Of a stretch of 64,000 nucleotides of DNA, positions 21,801-33,300 are shown piece after piece (positions within the stretch are counted from its first letter, which is position 1; the number at the start of each line of letters is the position of its first letter). The position numbers and the translations under genes were made by a program. The notes under the pieces are model-generated. The model ran no database searches. It saw only the letters and a list, made by a program, of their open reading frames with translations, and had not been told where the DNA came from. Origin of the DNA: Macrostomum hystrix (lineage: Eukaryota > Animalia > Platyhelminthes); contig CATNEN010000041.1 in the NCBI GenBank assembly GCA_950097015.1, forward strand, positions 3,410,001 to 3,474,000, in the 5' to 3' direction.

Positions 21801-24800
21801 TTGGAGACGGTTGTCAGTGGCCGGCAGTTTAGTATGGCCTCGATCTTGACGAGGAGAGTGTGCAGCTCTTCATCGGATATACGCTTGCGCCAGAGGGCAG
21901 GACGAAGGCTGGACTTGGTGAGGGCGACGAGCCGCTCGACTGCCCCTTGGTGCCAGGGAGCTCGGACTGGCGCGAACTTAAACACGAGGGGTCGCGCTGC
22001 AGCCAGCGGCTGAAGGTCGGCATGAAGCTTTTTTCTGGAAGGCGGTGGCGATGTGGCTCTCCACGTACTTGCCGGCGGCTTGGAAGGCGGTGGCCTGGTC
22101 GAGGTAGACAGCACATTTGGTGAGACCGCGGCGGCACCAGAAGCGCTCGAAGGCATGGAGTACAGCATCGGCGGAGTAGTCGTAGAGGGTCTCGATGTGA
22201 AGAGCTCTTGTCGTGCAGCAGGTGACGAGCAGGGCCCAGCGCTTGGTGGAGAGTCGAAGCTTGCGGTCGTAGGTGAAGACGGGCCCGAGCTGGTCGACGA
22301 GCACGGAGGCGAAGGGACCAGCTTCAGCATCGAGTCGCTCCTTGGGTAGCTGGCCATGTCCTGGTGGTGCTCGGGTTGAGCCTTTGGCGAGGCGGCACTG
22401 GATGCAGCTTGAGAGTGCTTCACGGACTGTCAGTAGGCCTTTCGGCACCCAGTATTTGTCGCGAAGCATTGCGAGGACGGTTGAGGCACCAGCGTGGCTG
22501 CTTTGACGGTGGAGGAGCAGGGCAAGCAGCCGGGTCAGGCAGTGGCCAGGTGGCAGCAGGAGCGGGTACTTGGAGTCTTCGTCCATGGAAGCGTTGGCAA
22601 AGCGACTACCCAAGCGGATGAGGCCGTCACAGAGATGAAGGTCCAGCTGGGCAATGATCTTCTCGGATTTAGGTCGGCCGGACTCGAGGGCTCGGATGAC
22701 AGCACCGTAGCACTCAGTCTGGGCTGATCGAATCCAAAGAAGCAAGGCCGCCTGACGCTCAGCATGGGAAGGCGGGAAGTCCTTCGAGAATGGCCGGCGC
22801 AGCATGAAGGCCTTCAGACGGAGGAAGTAGCAGGTGACACCTAGAATGCGTTCTAGCCGGTCGGAGCGTCTGAGGCTCAGGTGGCCAGGCGTCGTGTGGG
22901 TGGTGGATCCCGCAGCGAGTAGAGTGGCGACGGATGCTGTAGCCGTCTTACTGGTCGGAACGCCGTCCAGAAGACGAGGATCAGGCATTGCAGCGGTCCA
23001 GGAAGGCCACTCGGTGAATGGCTCCTTGAGGAAGGCAGGTCCCTCGTAGTAGTTGGACTGTTGCAGTTGAGCAAAGCTGAGCGGCTTTGTGCAGTGGTCG
23101 GCAGGGTTCGCGGCCGTGGGCACGTAGCGGTAGTCACGGGTCACGTCGGAGTCGAGGATCTGCTGAACGCGACGCGACTCGTAGGCACGGAGCTTTTTCC
23201 CGTTGGCAAGCCAGTAGAGCACGATCTGGCTGTCGATAAAATGAGTGACCCCTTCGAACTTAAGGTGGTTTCGCAGAGCATCGAGAATGAAAGATGCGGC
23301 GCGGGTGGCGATGAGGGCGGACCAGAGCTCGAGGCGTGGGACGGTGACGAGCAGGCCTTTCCTAGCTGTAGGGGCAAGGCGGGTCTTGGCAAAGACGAGG
23401 CGGCAGGTGATGTTAGAGCCGAGGCACTGCCAGATATAGATGGTGAACCCGTAGGCGCCTGGGGCACCGTCAGAGAAGACAACGAGGCGGACCGGTTGGT
23501 CAGCATCCTGGAGAGCGAAGCGTGGGACAGTGATCTCGTCGAGGCGGAGGAGGTCGGGCAAAAGTTTGGCCCATGCCGCACGGACCTCGGGACGGACGGC
23601 TTCATCCCAGGAGTCTGAGGCTTGGAAGCTCTGGCGATAGAGGAGGCGGGCGCCGAGGATGAGCGGCGTGGCGTAGCCAACCGGGTCGAAAGGGGTGTAG
23701 ACACCTCTGCAAAGAGTACGGCGGGTCAGCTCCTCGGGGCTCGGTAGGTTAGGCTTCTTGAGGGAGACGGCGTCGCGAACTGTGTCCCATCTGAGTCCTA
23801 GGAGGCCAACCGGGTTGTCGGCGAGGCGGTCCTCATCGGGGAGGTCAACGAGACAGCCGGGGATGTTGGTGGCGAACTCGCGGAGGTGGAAGCAAGCGCG
23901 ATGGAAGAGCCCACGAAGGCGATGGACGAGGCGAGTCGCATCGTGTTCGGTGTCGGTGCCAACAACGAGATTGTCGACGTAGAGACCGCCTATGACGCGC
24001 TCGAGCTCAGTGCGGTAAAGGCCGGAGTCTCTGGAGCTTAGAGCATCGTGGCAGATCTTGTGGAGGACTGCTAAAAGTATCCAGGGGCTGGGAGATGCCC
24101 CCATGACAATTCGAGTAAAGCGCCAGACCTCGTAATTGCCCTGAAGGAGCGGTTTGGTGATGTCCTTTGGGAGGATGATGCGGAGGGCGTCGCGGTGTGG
24201 CTTGTGGACGCCGATCTGATAAAAGGCAGCCTTTAGATCAGATGAAATGGCAAAACGGTGGGAACGGTGCACTAGAAGGACCTGGAGCATGGAGGTCAGA
24301 ATGTTGGGTCCGGTGTCCAGGAGGTCATTAAGCGCAGTCCCAGCCAGAGAAGTCTTGGCGGAGGCGTCGACGACGGGGCGGATCTTGGTTGTGCTTGAGC
24401 TCTCCTTAAAGACCGGGAAATGTGGCAGGACATGGACGACTGGGCCGGCTGGCTGGTCGGTGGTAACGAGTTCTAGGACTCCTTCTTCTTTGCGTTTCTC
24501 AAATTCTGCGTAATAGGCCTCGCGTTCGGGAAGACTGAGACGGCGGTGAGTGGCTTGAGCGCGACCGAAGGCTTGGCCAAAATTGGAAGGCAGAAGCTCT
24601 GCACCAGGCTTGAACGGCAGGTCGACGAAGATGCGACCCTCCGGGTCGCGGCTGGCGGTGGCGAGGAGGCGTCGGGAGGCGTCGTCTTGCATGCAGGGCT
24701 TTCCGGCGTCTTTGTCGATGCCCAGAGCTTCGAGATTCGACATGCTGTCGAGTAGCTGTTCGAGACGGAGTCCGTTGTCGTTGAGATAGGTGTTAGCGAC

Positions 24801-27800
24801 TAGTGCCTGAGACGAGCCTAGGAGGCCGTTGACGCGGCTGTTCGTTGTGCCTAGGGAGCCGTTGAGGATGGCACCGAATGGTGTCAGGTAGGCCGTGAGC
24901 GTTGGGCGCAGCGCCAGAGCAGGAACCGCGGGGCCGATGAGTAGTTGGTTGACGTCGCCGCCGAGGATGAGATCAAGAGAAACGTCCCTGTCGTGAGCGG
25001 GCGGTAGGTTGCAGACGCCGTTGGGTACGCTCTTGAGGGTGTTAATGACATCCTTTGGGAGGTTAACAGCAGGCATGTAGATTGGAGCTGCCAGCTGTTC
25101 GGAGGCGAGGGCGGTGATTGGCCAGCGGCGGCCGTCTGGAGCCTGGAGGTCAAAATTCACGAGATCCGCGGTGACATGGCGCCTGGATTCGGTGTGGAAG
25201 GTGGAGGTGGCGATCGTGAGTTTCCTGGCAGCCTTGAGGCCAAGCTTGCGGGCGACGGCGCCGTCGAGGTGAGAATAGGAGCAGCCAGTGTCGATGAGGA
25301 TGTTGCAGTCGATGGCGCGGCCATCTTTAGGGTTGACGGCCTTCGCGCGGAGAGTGGCCATGATGGTGGGAACGAGGCCTCCATCGGCTGCGGCAGAGAC
25401 AAGGGAGTTGGCCTCCTTGGAGTCGGCATCTCTAGCGGCGTTGAGGTGGGCGTTGTTACGAGGATTCGGTGAGCGATTTTCGGTGATGGTACTCTCGAAT
25501 GTGGCCCCGTGGAGCGTGGTGTGGTGCGGGGCTTCGCACTCGCGGCAGCGTCGGTTGTCACGGCAGTCTTTGGTGTGGTGACGGCGGAGGCAGTTACGGC
25601 AGAGGTTCTTCTGCCTGACGATCTTAAGGCGGTCGTCGGGCTTGCGAACCTTGTTGCAGGACATGGCAACGTGGTCGGAGCCGTCGCAGTAGAGACAGTT
25701 CTTGCTTGACCTCCAGTGTTGTGGACCGGCAATAGGAGTGGAAACTGCGGTAGGCCGTGGTGTAGTAGTAGTGCGATGAGCAGGTTCAGCACGTGGAACT
25801 GTTGTCGGCCGTCGTTCGCTGCGAGCAGGTGTCGGTCTGCAAGCAGCGTCGCCTAAAAGAGCTGCGGATGCGTACGGCACAGCCGGCACGGTGGCGGACG
25901 CAGCCCGGAGGGTCTTGCGCTTGCGGTCCAGATGATCCTGGAGCTCGGCCATGGTGGGTATGAGAGGCTGTCCGTTGGAAGCGCGAACATTGCGGATCTC
26001 GCTCTGAAAGTCAGGCGGAAGTCGGCTCCAGAGGGCATAGACGTACCCGTTGAGTGTGCAATCAAGCTCTCCAAGGCGGAGAAGTTGGCCGGTGGCCAGG
26101 CGAAGGGCATCTGCAAACTCCTCGAGCTCCTCAAGGTCGGAAGCGGAGCTGCAGTGAAGGGCGAGAAGGCGCTGGAATGCGGCGTTCTTTTGTTCTTGCG
26201 TGTCGGCGTAGTTGGCTTTGAGCACGCGACATGCCTCGGCGTAGGCGTTCGGTTGGCAGGCATCGAGGGCGCCCAGTTTCCTTAAGGCGGAGCCGGAGAG
26301 GAGACCTCGGAGTGCCTCGAACTTGTCAACGTCGTTAAGGCTGGAGCGGTCGACGCGGTAGAGGAAGGTGTCCCAGAAGCTCGGAAATGCAGCTGGATCC
26401 GCACCGTCAAAGGTTGGGAGTTGGACGCTCTTGAGGATCGTAGAGCGGATGAGCCCAGCTGGATCTCCAGCTTGTGAGGTGGGCGGTGCAGCAGGCTCCG
26501 CTGTTGCGGTAGGATGGACTGCGGCAGCGAGCTGTTGTATTAGCTGTTGGTTCTGCTGCATCATCGCGGTCATAGAGGCGATCAATGCATTGACATCGAT
26601 GCCAGGAGTTGTCGGGGTGAGAGTGGCAGCAGTGACCGGCGCAGTAGGAGTAGCAGACAGTTGTTGTGGGTACCCAGTCGGTCCCGGCGAGGTCGTAGCG
26701 GTCGTTAAAGTTGGCGTTAAAGAAGCAACTGGACCAGTGGGGGCTCCAGAACTAGTGCCAGCGGTGGCAGCAACAGCGGTCGGAGTGGGCGGCATGGTAT
26801 GCGCCAGAGCAGTAGCGGTTGCAGAAGTGGAGGTGGTGTCGCCGGCATCCATCGAGCGCGTGATAACCATGAATTATTTGAAGAGTTGTGAACGCTCTGC
26901 TACCAAATTTGTCGCTTGGACAACAAACTAATTAGCAGTTTGGATGGAGTTTATTTAGTGGCAGTGGAAGCAAAAGGTGAGGCAGATAGAAAGGAACATG
27001 GACACGCTTGAGGGCACGCTTACACGCTAAGAGAACCTGTAACGGAGAGGTGGTCTTGTACATAGATATAAAAGTGGTAAACGCAAATGGATGAGGTCAC
27101 AGACAATAAATAAGGTTAGCTGCAACTAATGTGTTAAGGGGACTAAAAGTACATGAAAACGTAAGACGAAGACGAAGGCCCAAAAGAGGCGAAGAATTGG
27201 AGGATTATAATCCGACAGGGTGAGACTGGAATCGTAAACGAGTGAGACGGGAATCGTTAACAAGTGAGACTGGAATCGTGAACGAGTGAGACGGGAATCG
27301 TGAACGAGTGAGATGAGAGTGGAATTGTGAAAGAGTGAGACTGGAATCGTAAACGGGTGAGACTGGAATCGTAAACGAGTGAGACGGGAATCGTTAACAA
27401 GTGAGACTGGAATCGTGAAAGAGAGAGATGAGAGTGGAATTGTGATATATTGTGTGATATGTGATATATAAACGTAATATGTTGGCTAAAAATATTTTGT
27501 ACTATATTAGGTACTTTTAAAATGTTTGACTAATAATGGATACTATCAATGGCATGAATTAAACAATTAAGAGTTAATGGATTTAGCTACGAGTATTAAT
27601 GGTCACCAGTGGATACTGACTTCTACTCTTAATTAAAAATGACTTGTGCGTAAACTTTTGGTTTCAGATTTGCACAGCGCTCAACTTCTTGCATAGGCGC
27701 AGGCCGGCAATTTTGCACAGAGACGTCAAGTGCTCAAACATTATGCTCACCCATGAGGGTATTGTCAAACTGATTGACTTCGGCCTGGCCAAGGAGATCA

Positions 27801-28135
27801 CCGGTTCCACCATTGCTTACATCAGCATGCAGCAGTGTGGCACGCCCTACTTCATGGCACCTGAGCTCTTTAGCTCTGAAGGCAGCGCTCAGTACACACC
27901 CCAGTCGGATGTGTGGGCCTTTGGTTGCACCGTATATGAGATGGCCGAGGCCAAGCCACCGAACAGCCACCTGCTACCCATGCAGATTCCTAGGTTCTTT
28001 CAGAAGTACGACATGCCGCAGATAGCCGCCAAGGTTTCGGAGAACCTTCAGGACTTCTACCGCTGCTGCGTGGTGAAGGAGCCTGAGGCCAGGATGGACA
28101 CCTCTGACCTACTCGAGCATGCCTTCCTGGCCTAG
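15846..28135 (+). CDS. Ankyrin-repeat protein with two tandem Ser/Thr kinase domains (~1177 aa, 5 exons)
   Basis: join(15846..15854,16031..17787,18358..18748,18821..19729,27668..28135). All introns GT-AG with compatible phases; 3534 nt open frame. First mini-exon (MTN) is tentative. Confidence 0.85.
16031..17787 (+). CDS. Ankyrin-repeat exon (roughly 15 repeats)
   Basis: Repeated TALHLAA, TPLIAA, TPLFCAA, TPIFSA, TPLECA, SPALRAA motifs. Donor gtaagt at 17788. Confidence 0.93.
18358..19729 (+). CDS. Kinase domain 1 and N-lobe of kinase domain 2 (exons 3-4; intron 18749-18820)
   Basis: [32 protein letters not shown]; then GEGGFG, VAVK, HPNIV. Confidence 0.92.
20441..20636. repeat. 22-bp minisatellite, left part (split by the BEL insertion)
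   Basis: gagtgagactggaatcgtNaac units; continues at 27218-27445. Confidence 0.9.
20637..20944 (-). repeat. BEL 3' LTR
   Basis: tgtcgcttgg...aatccgaca, matches 26910-27217. Confidence 0.95.
21158..26870 (-). CDS. BEL gag-pol polyprotein, one frameshift in integrase near 22030
   Basis: Gag LPTFDG...FWDTF; three Cys/His knuckles; protease LIDTG; [11 protein letters not shown] and YVDN; RNase H FSDG, PRLEL, IDSQ, NPAD; integrase HHCC, VDQLGP, LDQA, VERL; [10 protein letters not shown] tail. Confidence 0.93.
26894..26905 (-). promoter_or_regulatory. Primer-binding site complementary to animal tRNA-iMet
   Basis: Minus strand TGGTAGCAGAGC, 4 nt inside the 5' LTR. Confidence 0.8.
26910..27217 (-). 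repeat. BEL 5' LTR
   Basis: Matches 20637-20944; followed by the PBS on the minus strand. Confidence 0.95.
27218..27445. repeat. 22-bp minisatellite, right part, with higher-order repetition
   Basis: Same unit as 20441-20636; variant units recur in blocks. Confidence 0.9.
27668..28135 (+). CDS. C-lobe of kinase domain 2 (last exon)
   Basis: Acceptor tttcag ends at 27667; [22 protein letters not shown]; TAG stop. Confidence 0.92.
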   Translation: MCTALNFLHRRRPAILHRDVKCSNIMLTHEGIVKLIDFGLAKEITGSTIAYISMQQCGTPYFMAPELFSSEGSAQYTPQSDVWAFGCTVYEMAEAKPPNSHLLPMQIPRFFQKYDMPQIAAKVSENLQDFYRCCVVKEPEARMDTSDLLEHAFLA

Positions 28136-29250
28136 GACGAGTCGTATAGGCTCCAGCGCTGCGACCATGTCAACAGGTGCACTCTTGCGAATTTGATGCA
28201 GCACAAAGTTACAAAACTCGCAAGTAAACAAAGTAAAAACTGCTTTGTCGTCTGACCCCTTTTACTATGACTAAGCGCTCATTACCTCTAATTTCCAAGT
28301 TATGCCATTATTTCAGGATCGCTACGCTTTTGAATTTCAGAAGAGCGAAAGAAGCAAATCTACGCTAACATGCTAGCTCGTATTTGCAAAAAAGCTGGCC
28401 AAGGTCTGGCAGTCTGAGGTTTTTCAGAATTCATTAGGCAGTATTTGTAGTAGGATTGAAGCCAAGATTAGGCCGAAAACTTTTTCAGCTTAAAATAAAT
28501 AAATAATTAGTGAACAGCGCCGAAGGATTAAGGCGAAGGCGTAGTAAGCCAGTGGCGAGCAAAGTGAACAAAGCGGGGAACAAAGCCCCTGTGAGGTGCG
28601 AAAGTATATTTTTAGCAATAATGTTATAAAACAGTGGTAAGATTAGGAAGTAAAAAAAAGCATGGATAAGGATAAAAAAATTGAGCACGCAAAGGCGAGA
28701 CAGGGCAGCCTGCCCTGAGGCCCGCGCACGGCGATAAAAACACCCCCAAGGGCTGGGGGTGGGGCAGCACAAGCGCTCACGCGAGAGAGAGCGGTCGATA
28801 GAGGCGGCCCTCCCCCGCCGCGTTCACTAACCCGGAGTAGCTACGCTACTCTCCACATAAAGCTCAAAATAAAATAGTATTTAGAAGTCCCTGGTTCTTG
28901 AAGCATGAGTTCTAGTAGGCTCCAAAACACTTGATGTGGTTTTAAAAAATATTCGAATATGTAGCTCGTTTATCTAACAAATATTTAAGCTAGTAAAACT
29001 TTCCTTTAGCTACTTTCAGTACCGTGATTGCTAGTAGCTTTTACTCTTTGGCTAAAAAGTGGTTTTACGCATAGCACCTTCACTACGCAAAAAACGTTTT
29101 GTAAACGAGCTCAATTTCTACATTCTAATCTGCTTTCAGTGTGCACCTTCTCTCTCGATTTGTGCATAGAAAATCTGAGCTACTCAACAAAACATCGGTG
29201 TGCGATTTTCATATTTTAAAGTTGTTTATAATCAGTGTATTCCTATTATT

Positions 29251-29304
29251 CTAGTTTTTCCACTACTTTTTCCACTAGTTTTTCCACTAGTTTTTCCACT
29301 AGTT
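29251..29304. repeat. 12-bp tandem repeat (ctagtttttcca), about 4.5 copies
   Basis: Direct reading. Confidence 0.85.
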
Positions 29305-30357
29305 GCTTTACTGATACTCAGAAAAGCTCCACTTAACAAAGCTAATAAGGCATAACATTATTTAACAATGCTTTGTTCTGACTTGGCTTACAGATCTGTG
29401 ATTTACGCCGACTTGTGTCTTAAATTACGCTGGTAGTATTGGACTTCCGTAGCTCCTCGTCTCAAAAACATGAGATTTGGTGCATGAAAATCCGACGACG
29501 TGATTTACGAGCTAAGTGATGTCAGAAAAAACATAAAGTTTCTGCCTACAAATGTATTTAACTACAAACTCAATTATGATTGGCTAAAATAAGTTTTTTG
29601 AGAGCCTCCCTAATCGTATGCAACAATGAGAAGCAACTGGCTTTGCTAACGTTTTTTATTTTAGCGCAAATTCAGAAGGATTTCTTTACTTCTTATTTTA
29701 AAAGCGGACGTCTACACGCTCGTGTTTTGTGTAATCTGGCCAAAGCCAGATTTTCTGACTTCTTCGTTGTTTATGAACGGTCAAAGACGTCGACTGTCTA
29801 TTTTTTAGATTGACAACAAAAAATATATTAAATGGATACTCCAGACATTCGCTGAATAAAAGCAGCGCGTTTCTTTTCGGTTTATCCTAACCTTCAGGTG
29901 ATTTCTTACATAAGTTCTGCAGTAATTTAGTTTGTGGTTTAGTTTGTGATTTGCGTTAGCTTAAGTTCAGTACTCAAATTCGACGCAGGCCAATGCATTC
30001 AAGTCCATTCAAACTGTTTAGTGGAAGAATCAGGAAATAAAAAGAAATCTTTCAGAAATCACAAAATTCGAATCAACCAGACCTTTTTTATTACGCCGTT
30101 GATCGAGCAATAATCAGTCCCAGACGACTGAAATCAAATAGCCATGCATCGACTTTGATTACCGTTGGAAAAAATGAGATTCTAGAGCTTCTGATATCAT
30201 TTTTGGACGCATGATTGTGCAAGCTTATTAAAATAAACGTACTTTAATATAGTAAACTTACAGAATTAATCTGAATTATACAAATTAAGTTAGAATCGCC
30301 AAAATAGCCAGCTTGATCAGACATTCCGACCCACTGATTAGTCTGATTGACGTATAT

Positions 30358-33300
30358 TCAGCCTCCAACACGCAGTTTCTGATACATCCGTTTGAAGTCG
30401 TCTGCAAAGCGCTTCCTTAGCTCGGGTCTTCGCGCCTTAAAAGTCGGCGTCAGAAGGCCGTTTTCGATGCTGAACGGCACCGGGTGCAGCAGGATGTCCT
30501 TGGCCTGAGGGTTAGGATACCGGCTCAGTTCAGACTCGGACTAGAGTCCACGCTTCGCGACATGTCATGTGAGTCTAAGCGACTAATAGGCAAAGACGTT
30601 TCGTGCTTTACGGAATTTCATGTGTAAAAAGAATTGAATAAATTTTCGCAGTTCCCTGGCTCAGTGTTTTTACCAAAATTGAATCAGAATGCCATTTGTA
30701 AGTGTAGTGTCAGCTTGTTTGCCCTTCTATCTCCCCGTGTTATTATTCAGTACTTATTTTTAGACTTGTTTTTGCTAAGAGTTCACCCACGCCAAGCCGG
30801 GCCGGACCAGCTGGGGGAACGGACGCCCACCACCTCGCGAGCGCTACCCCTGGGCTACGGTCCCGGCCAATCAGCGAGCGACCCGGCCTCACTACCTATT
30901 TAATTCCAGATTTCCCTGCTTCTATTGAAGCGATTGGTAGGACACCGACCCCGGTGAATAGTGAATAGTCGCTAGCTTTAAATTCCTCACGCTCCAGCTA
31001 AGACATTCATTTTATTACATAAGTCTGTTGCTACCCTCAAAATCTTTAAGTCAGTTGCTTCTCATCGCATTTCCATCTCTGTTACAGATGGATGGCTAGA
31101 AAAAATCAAAATCTACACTAGACTGTAATTGTTTGCAACCTGTTCTGAGCTATAGTCGATAATTATGTCCTAACCCTAATGTATAGTGCATGTGGTAATC
31201 CTAAGCCTTCCGTTGTTTTCACTGAATTCCACCTTGATATTTCCACTGAACTTCCAATATTCCGCATTCCAAATAGTACATGCTGAATATTGCAGGCTCC
31301 AAGCGGCTTAAGAAAAGCCAATGGGAGCTCCACCCGACGCTTTTGTACTTTTAGTTCCAAAAACAATAGCAAAAACATATTAGCCGGAGAACTGCACAGT
31401 TCAAAGCTCCGCTTGTAGTTGATCATTTTTAGCCACTCATTGGCCAACTGGGGATTTTGTTCACTGCACTTTGAAATTCTCGTAATCAGTGCGCTATTAC
31501 TTTTCCTCACAAATTACGTAGGGTGGCCCAAAAATAGTGGGGAAAATCGATGCACAATATATCAACTAATTTAAAATTTATGGCTGAAATTAGAACAGGG
31601 GGTAAGGGGTAGAGTTACACCAAGTCAAGGCCAGCGAAATATGGCACGAAGCATCGCCATCGCCATCGACTGACAACTTTTCGACGAAGTCGCTTTGTTT
31701 GTCTGTAAATTGCCTTTTTTCTGATTCTGTTTTCTGATGCTTCTGCTCCTTTTCTTCTGTCGCAACATTTTAGTCTAAGGACATACTTACTTGATTCAAA
31801 CAGCTTTAGAACTTGTTGAATGTTTATTTATCAGTGACTGAGTTTCAAGAAAGTATGCTTTGCCAGTTAGCCTGTACATCGATTTTTCCCACTATTTGTG
31901 GGACACCCGTCGTATTTAAGCATAAACACTTAATCCACTCAAAAGTATCAGCCCTAATTAGACGAGGTAAGAAAGTGAGCCTGAGTAACTATTCGAATTA
32001 CTATTAGCTAAATATAAAAAATCAGCACCTTTAAAATGCGCGCAAAAAAAAATTATAATTGAGTAGTGGCGGGTCGGTGGCAGAGCAGTTAACGCGTTTG
32101 CCTCTCGCACCACGGCCCATAAGTTCGATTCCGCGGCAAGGCCACATTTATTTGGGGCGCTGCCGCGGAGAGATTGCCCTAAGGGGCAATTTACGCCCTT
32201 GAGGGCCAACCTCCAAGGCACAGTGAAGTGTACACTGCCTGGCGATGAAAAAGTCAGGGCAGATGTACACAATTGTGTGAGTGTGTGCCTGTGTACGATA
32301 TCTGTGTGCGTGTGCGCTCAGGAGTCTGCGAAATGGACAGAATTGCCTCCTCGCTGGCAGCGGGTCAATTTTCACCAAATGATGTGCCATTGCCCGCAGC
32401 CCTTTTATTGCAAATCAAAAATAATAATAAGAGCTTGGTGAAAGTATTTTATACTATTTTATAGTAAACTATCATCTTAGATGATGCGATGAGTGATATT
32501 CAGTAAAATAAAAAATATCAATACGGTATTTGTAAAAGTTTGTGAACCATAAAAAACGTTTAACTAATTAATCCCCACCTGCTCAAAAGACTTGAGTCCA
32601 GATTTCCTTCCTGCAGCCAGCATCTCCTGTAGCACAGCCTGCTTGAAATCCTCGCTGCTGCAAACGGCTGACATTGAAGCCTCAAGTGAGCTTGCCGACT
32701 CTGCTCCAGACAAGTGACGCTGTGCCCAGATCTTTGCAGATTCGCCGTCGGGCACAACTACAGCCAAGGCGCAGCTCTCTAAGCTGTCCCCGTCCACGTA
32801 CACCTGTTGCACAGAGGGGCAGGTGGCGTACACCTGCTCAATCTTCTCTGGCGCCAGGTACTCGCCCTGGGCCAGCTTAAATATATGCTTCTTACGGTCG
32901 ATGATGCTCAGCAGGCCGCCAGGCAGCCACTCGCCGATGTCACCAGTGTGCAGCCAACCAGCGCTGTCTATGGCCTCGGCCGTCTTTTCCGGCTGCCCAA
33001 AGTAGCCACTGGTGACGTTCAGCCCACGGACGCAAACCTCGCCCCGTCCATCACGAGCGAAATATCCCAGCTCGGGGACATCCTGGCCAAAATAATTGCG
33101 AAGCAGGCGCAGCTGTATGCTATTAAAATATTGTTTGTGTCACGGTCGCTTAACTACCGCTACCAGGCACGCTATTGGAGAACTCTGTCAGGAATCAAGA
33201 TGAAAGTATGCTTCATCATGATTCATTCTGATAGATTATCGCCCACTGAGGACAGTTTACTAGTGTCTGTTCGGTCAGTGCAAGAATTTTTGTAAGCAAA

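Larger units (their letters stand above)
20637..27217 (-). mobile_element. BEL/Pao LTR retrotransposon, near-intact and very recent
   Basis: 308-bp TG...CA LTRs at 20637-20944 and 26910-27217 with no difference found by eye; 5-bp TSD GGGTG at 20632-20636 and 27218-27222; single gag-pol. Confidence 0.96.

Noticed and set aside
22029-22035. Programmed -1 frameshift at AAAAAAG in BEL integrase
   Set aside because: Wrong register (a +1 shift is needed) and it lies inside the integrase core; more likely an indel or assembly error.
21114-26931. Numerous + strand ORFs over the BEL element, and antisense ORFs over other TEs and genes
   Set aside because: Shadow frames of GC3-rich coding sequence with no recognisable domains.
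28480-28860. Possible further Ngaro-like terminus (aaaaattgagcacgcaaaggcgagacagggcagc)
   Set aside because: Similarity to 52178-52333 is patchy and low-complexity.
32066-32140. tRNA gene (also 56710-56780)
   Set aside because: A and B boxes are present but there is no acceptor stem or T-run terminator; it continues into a SINE body.
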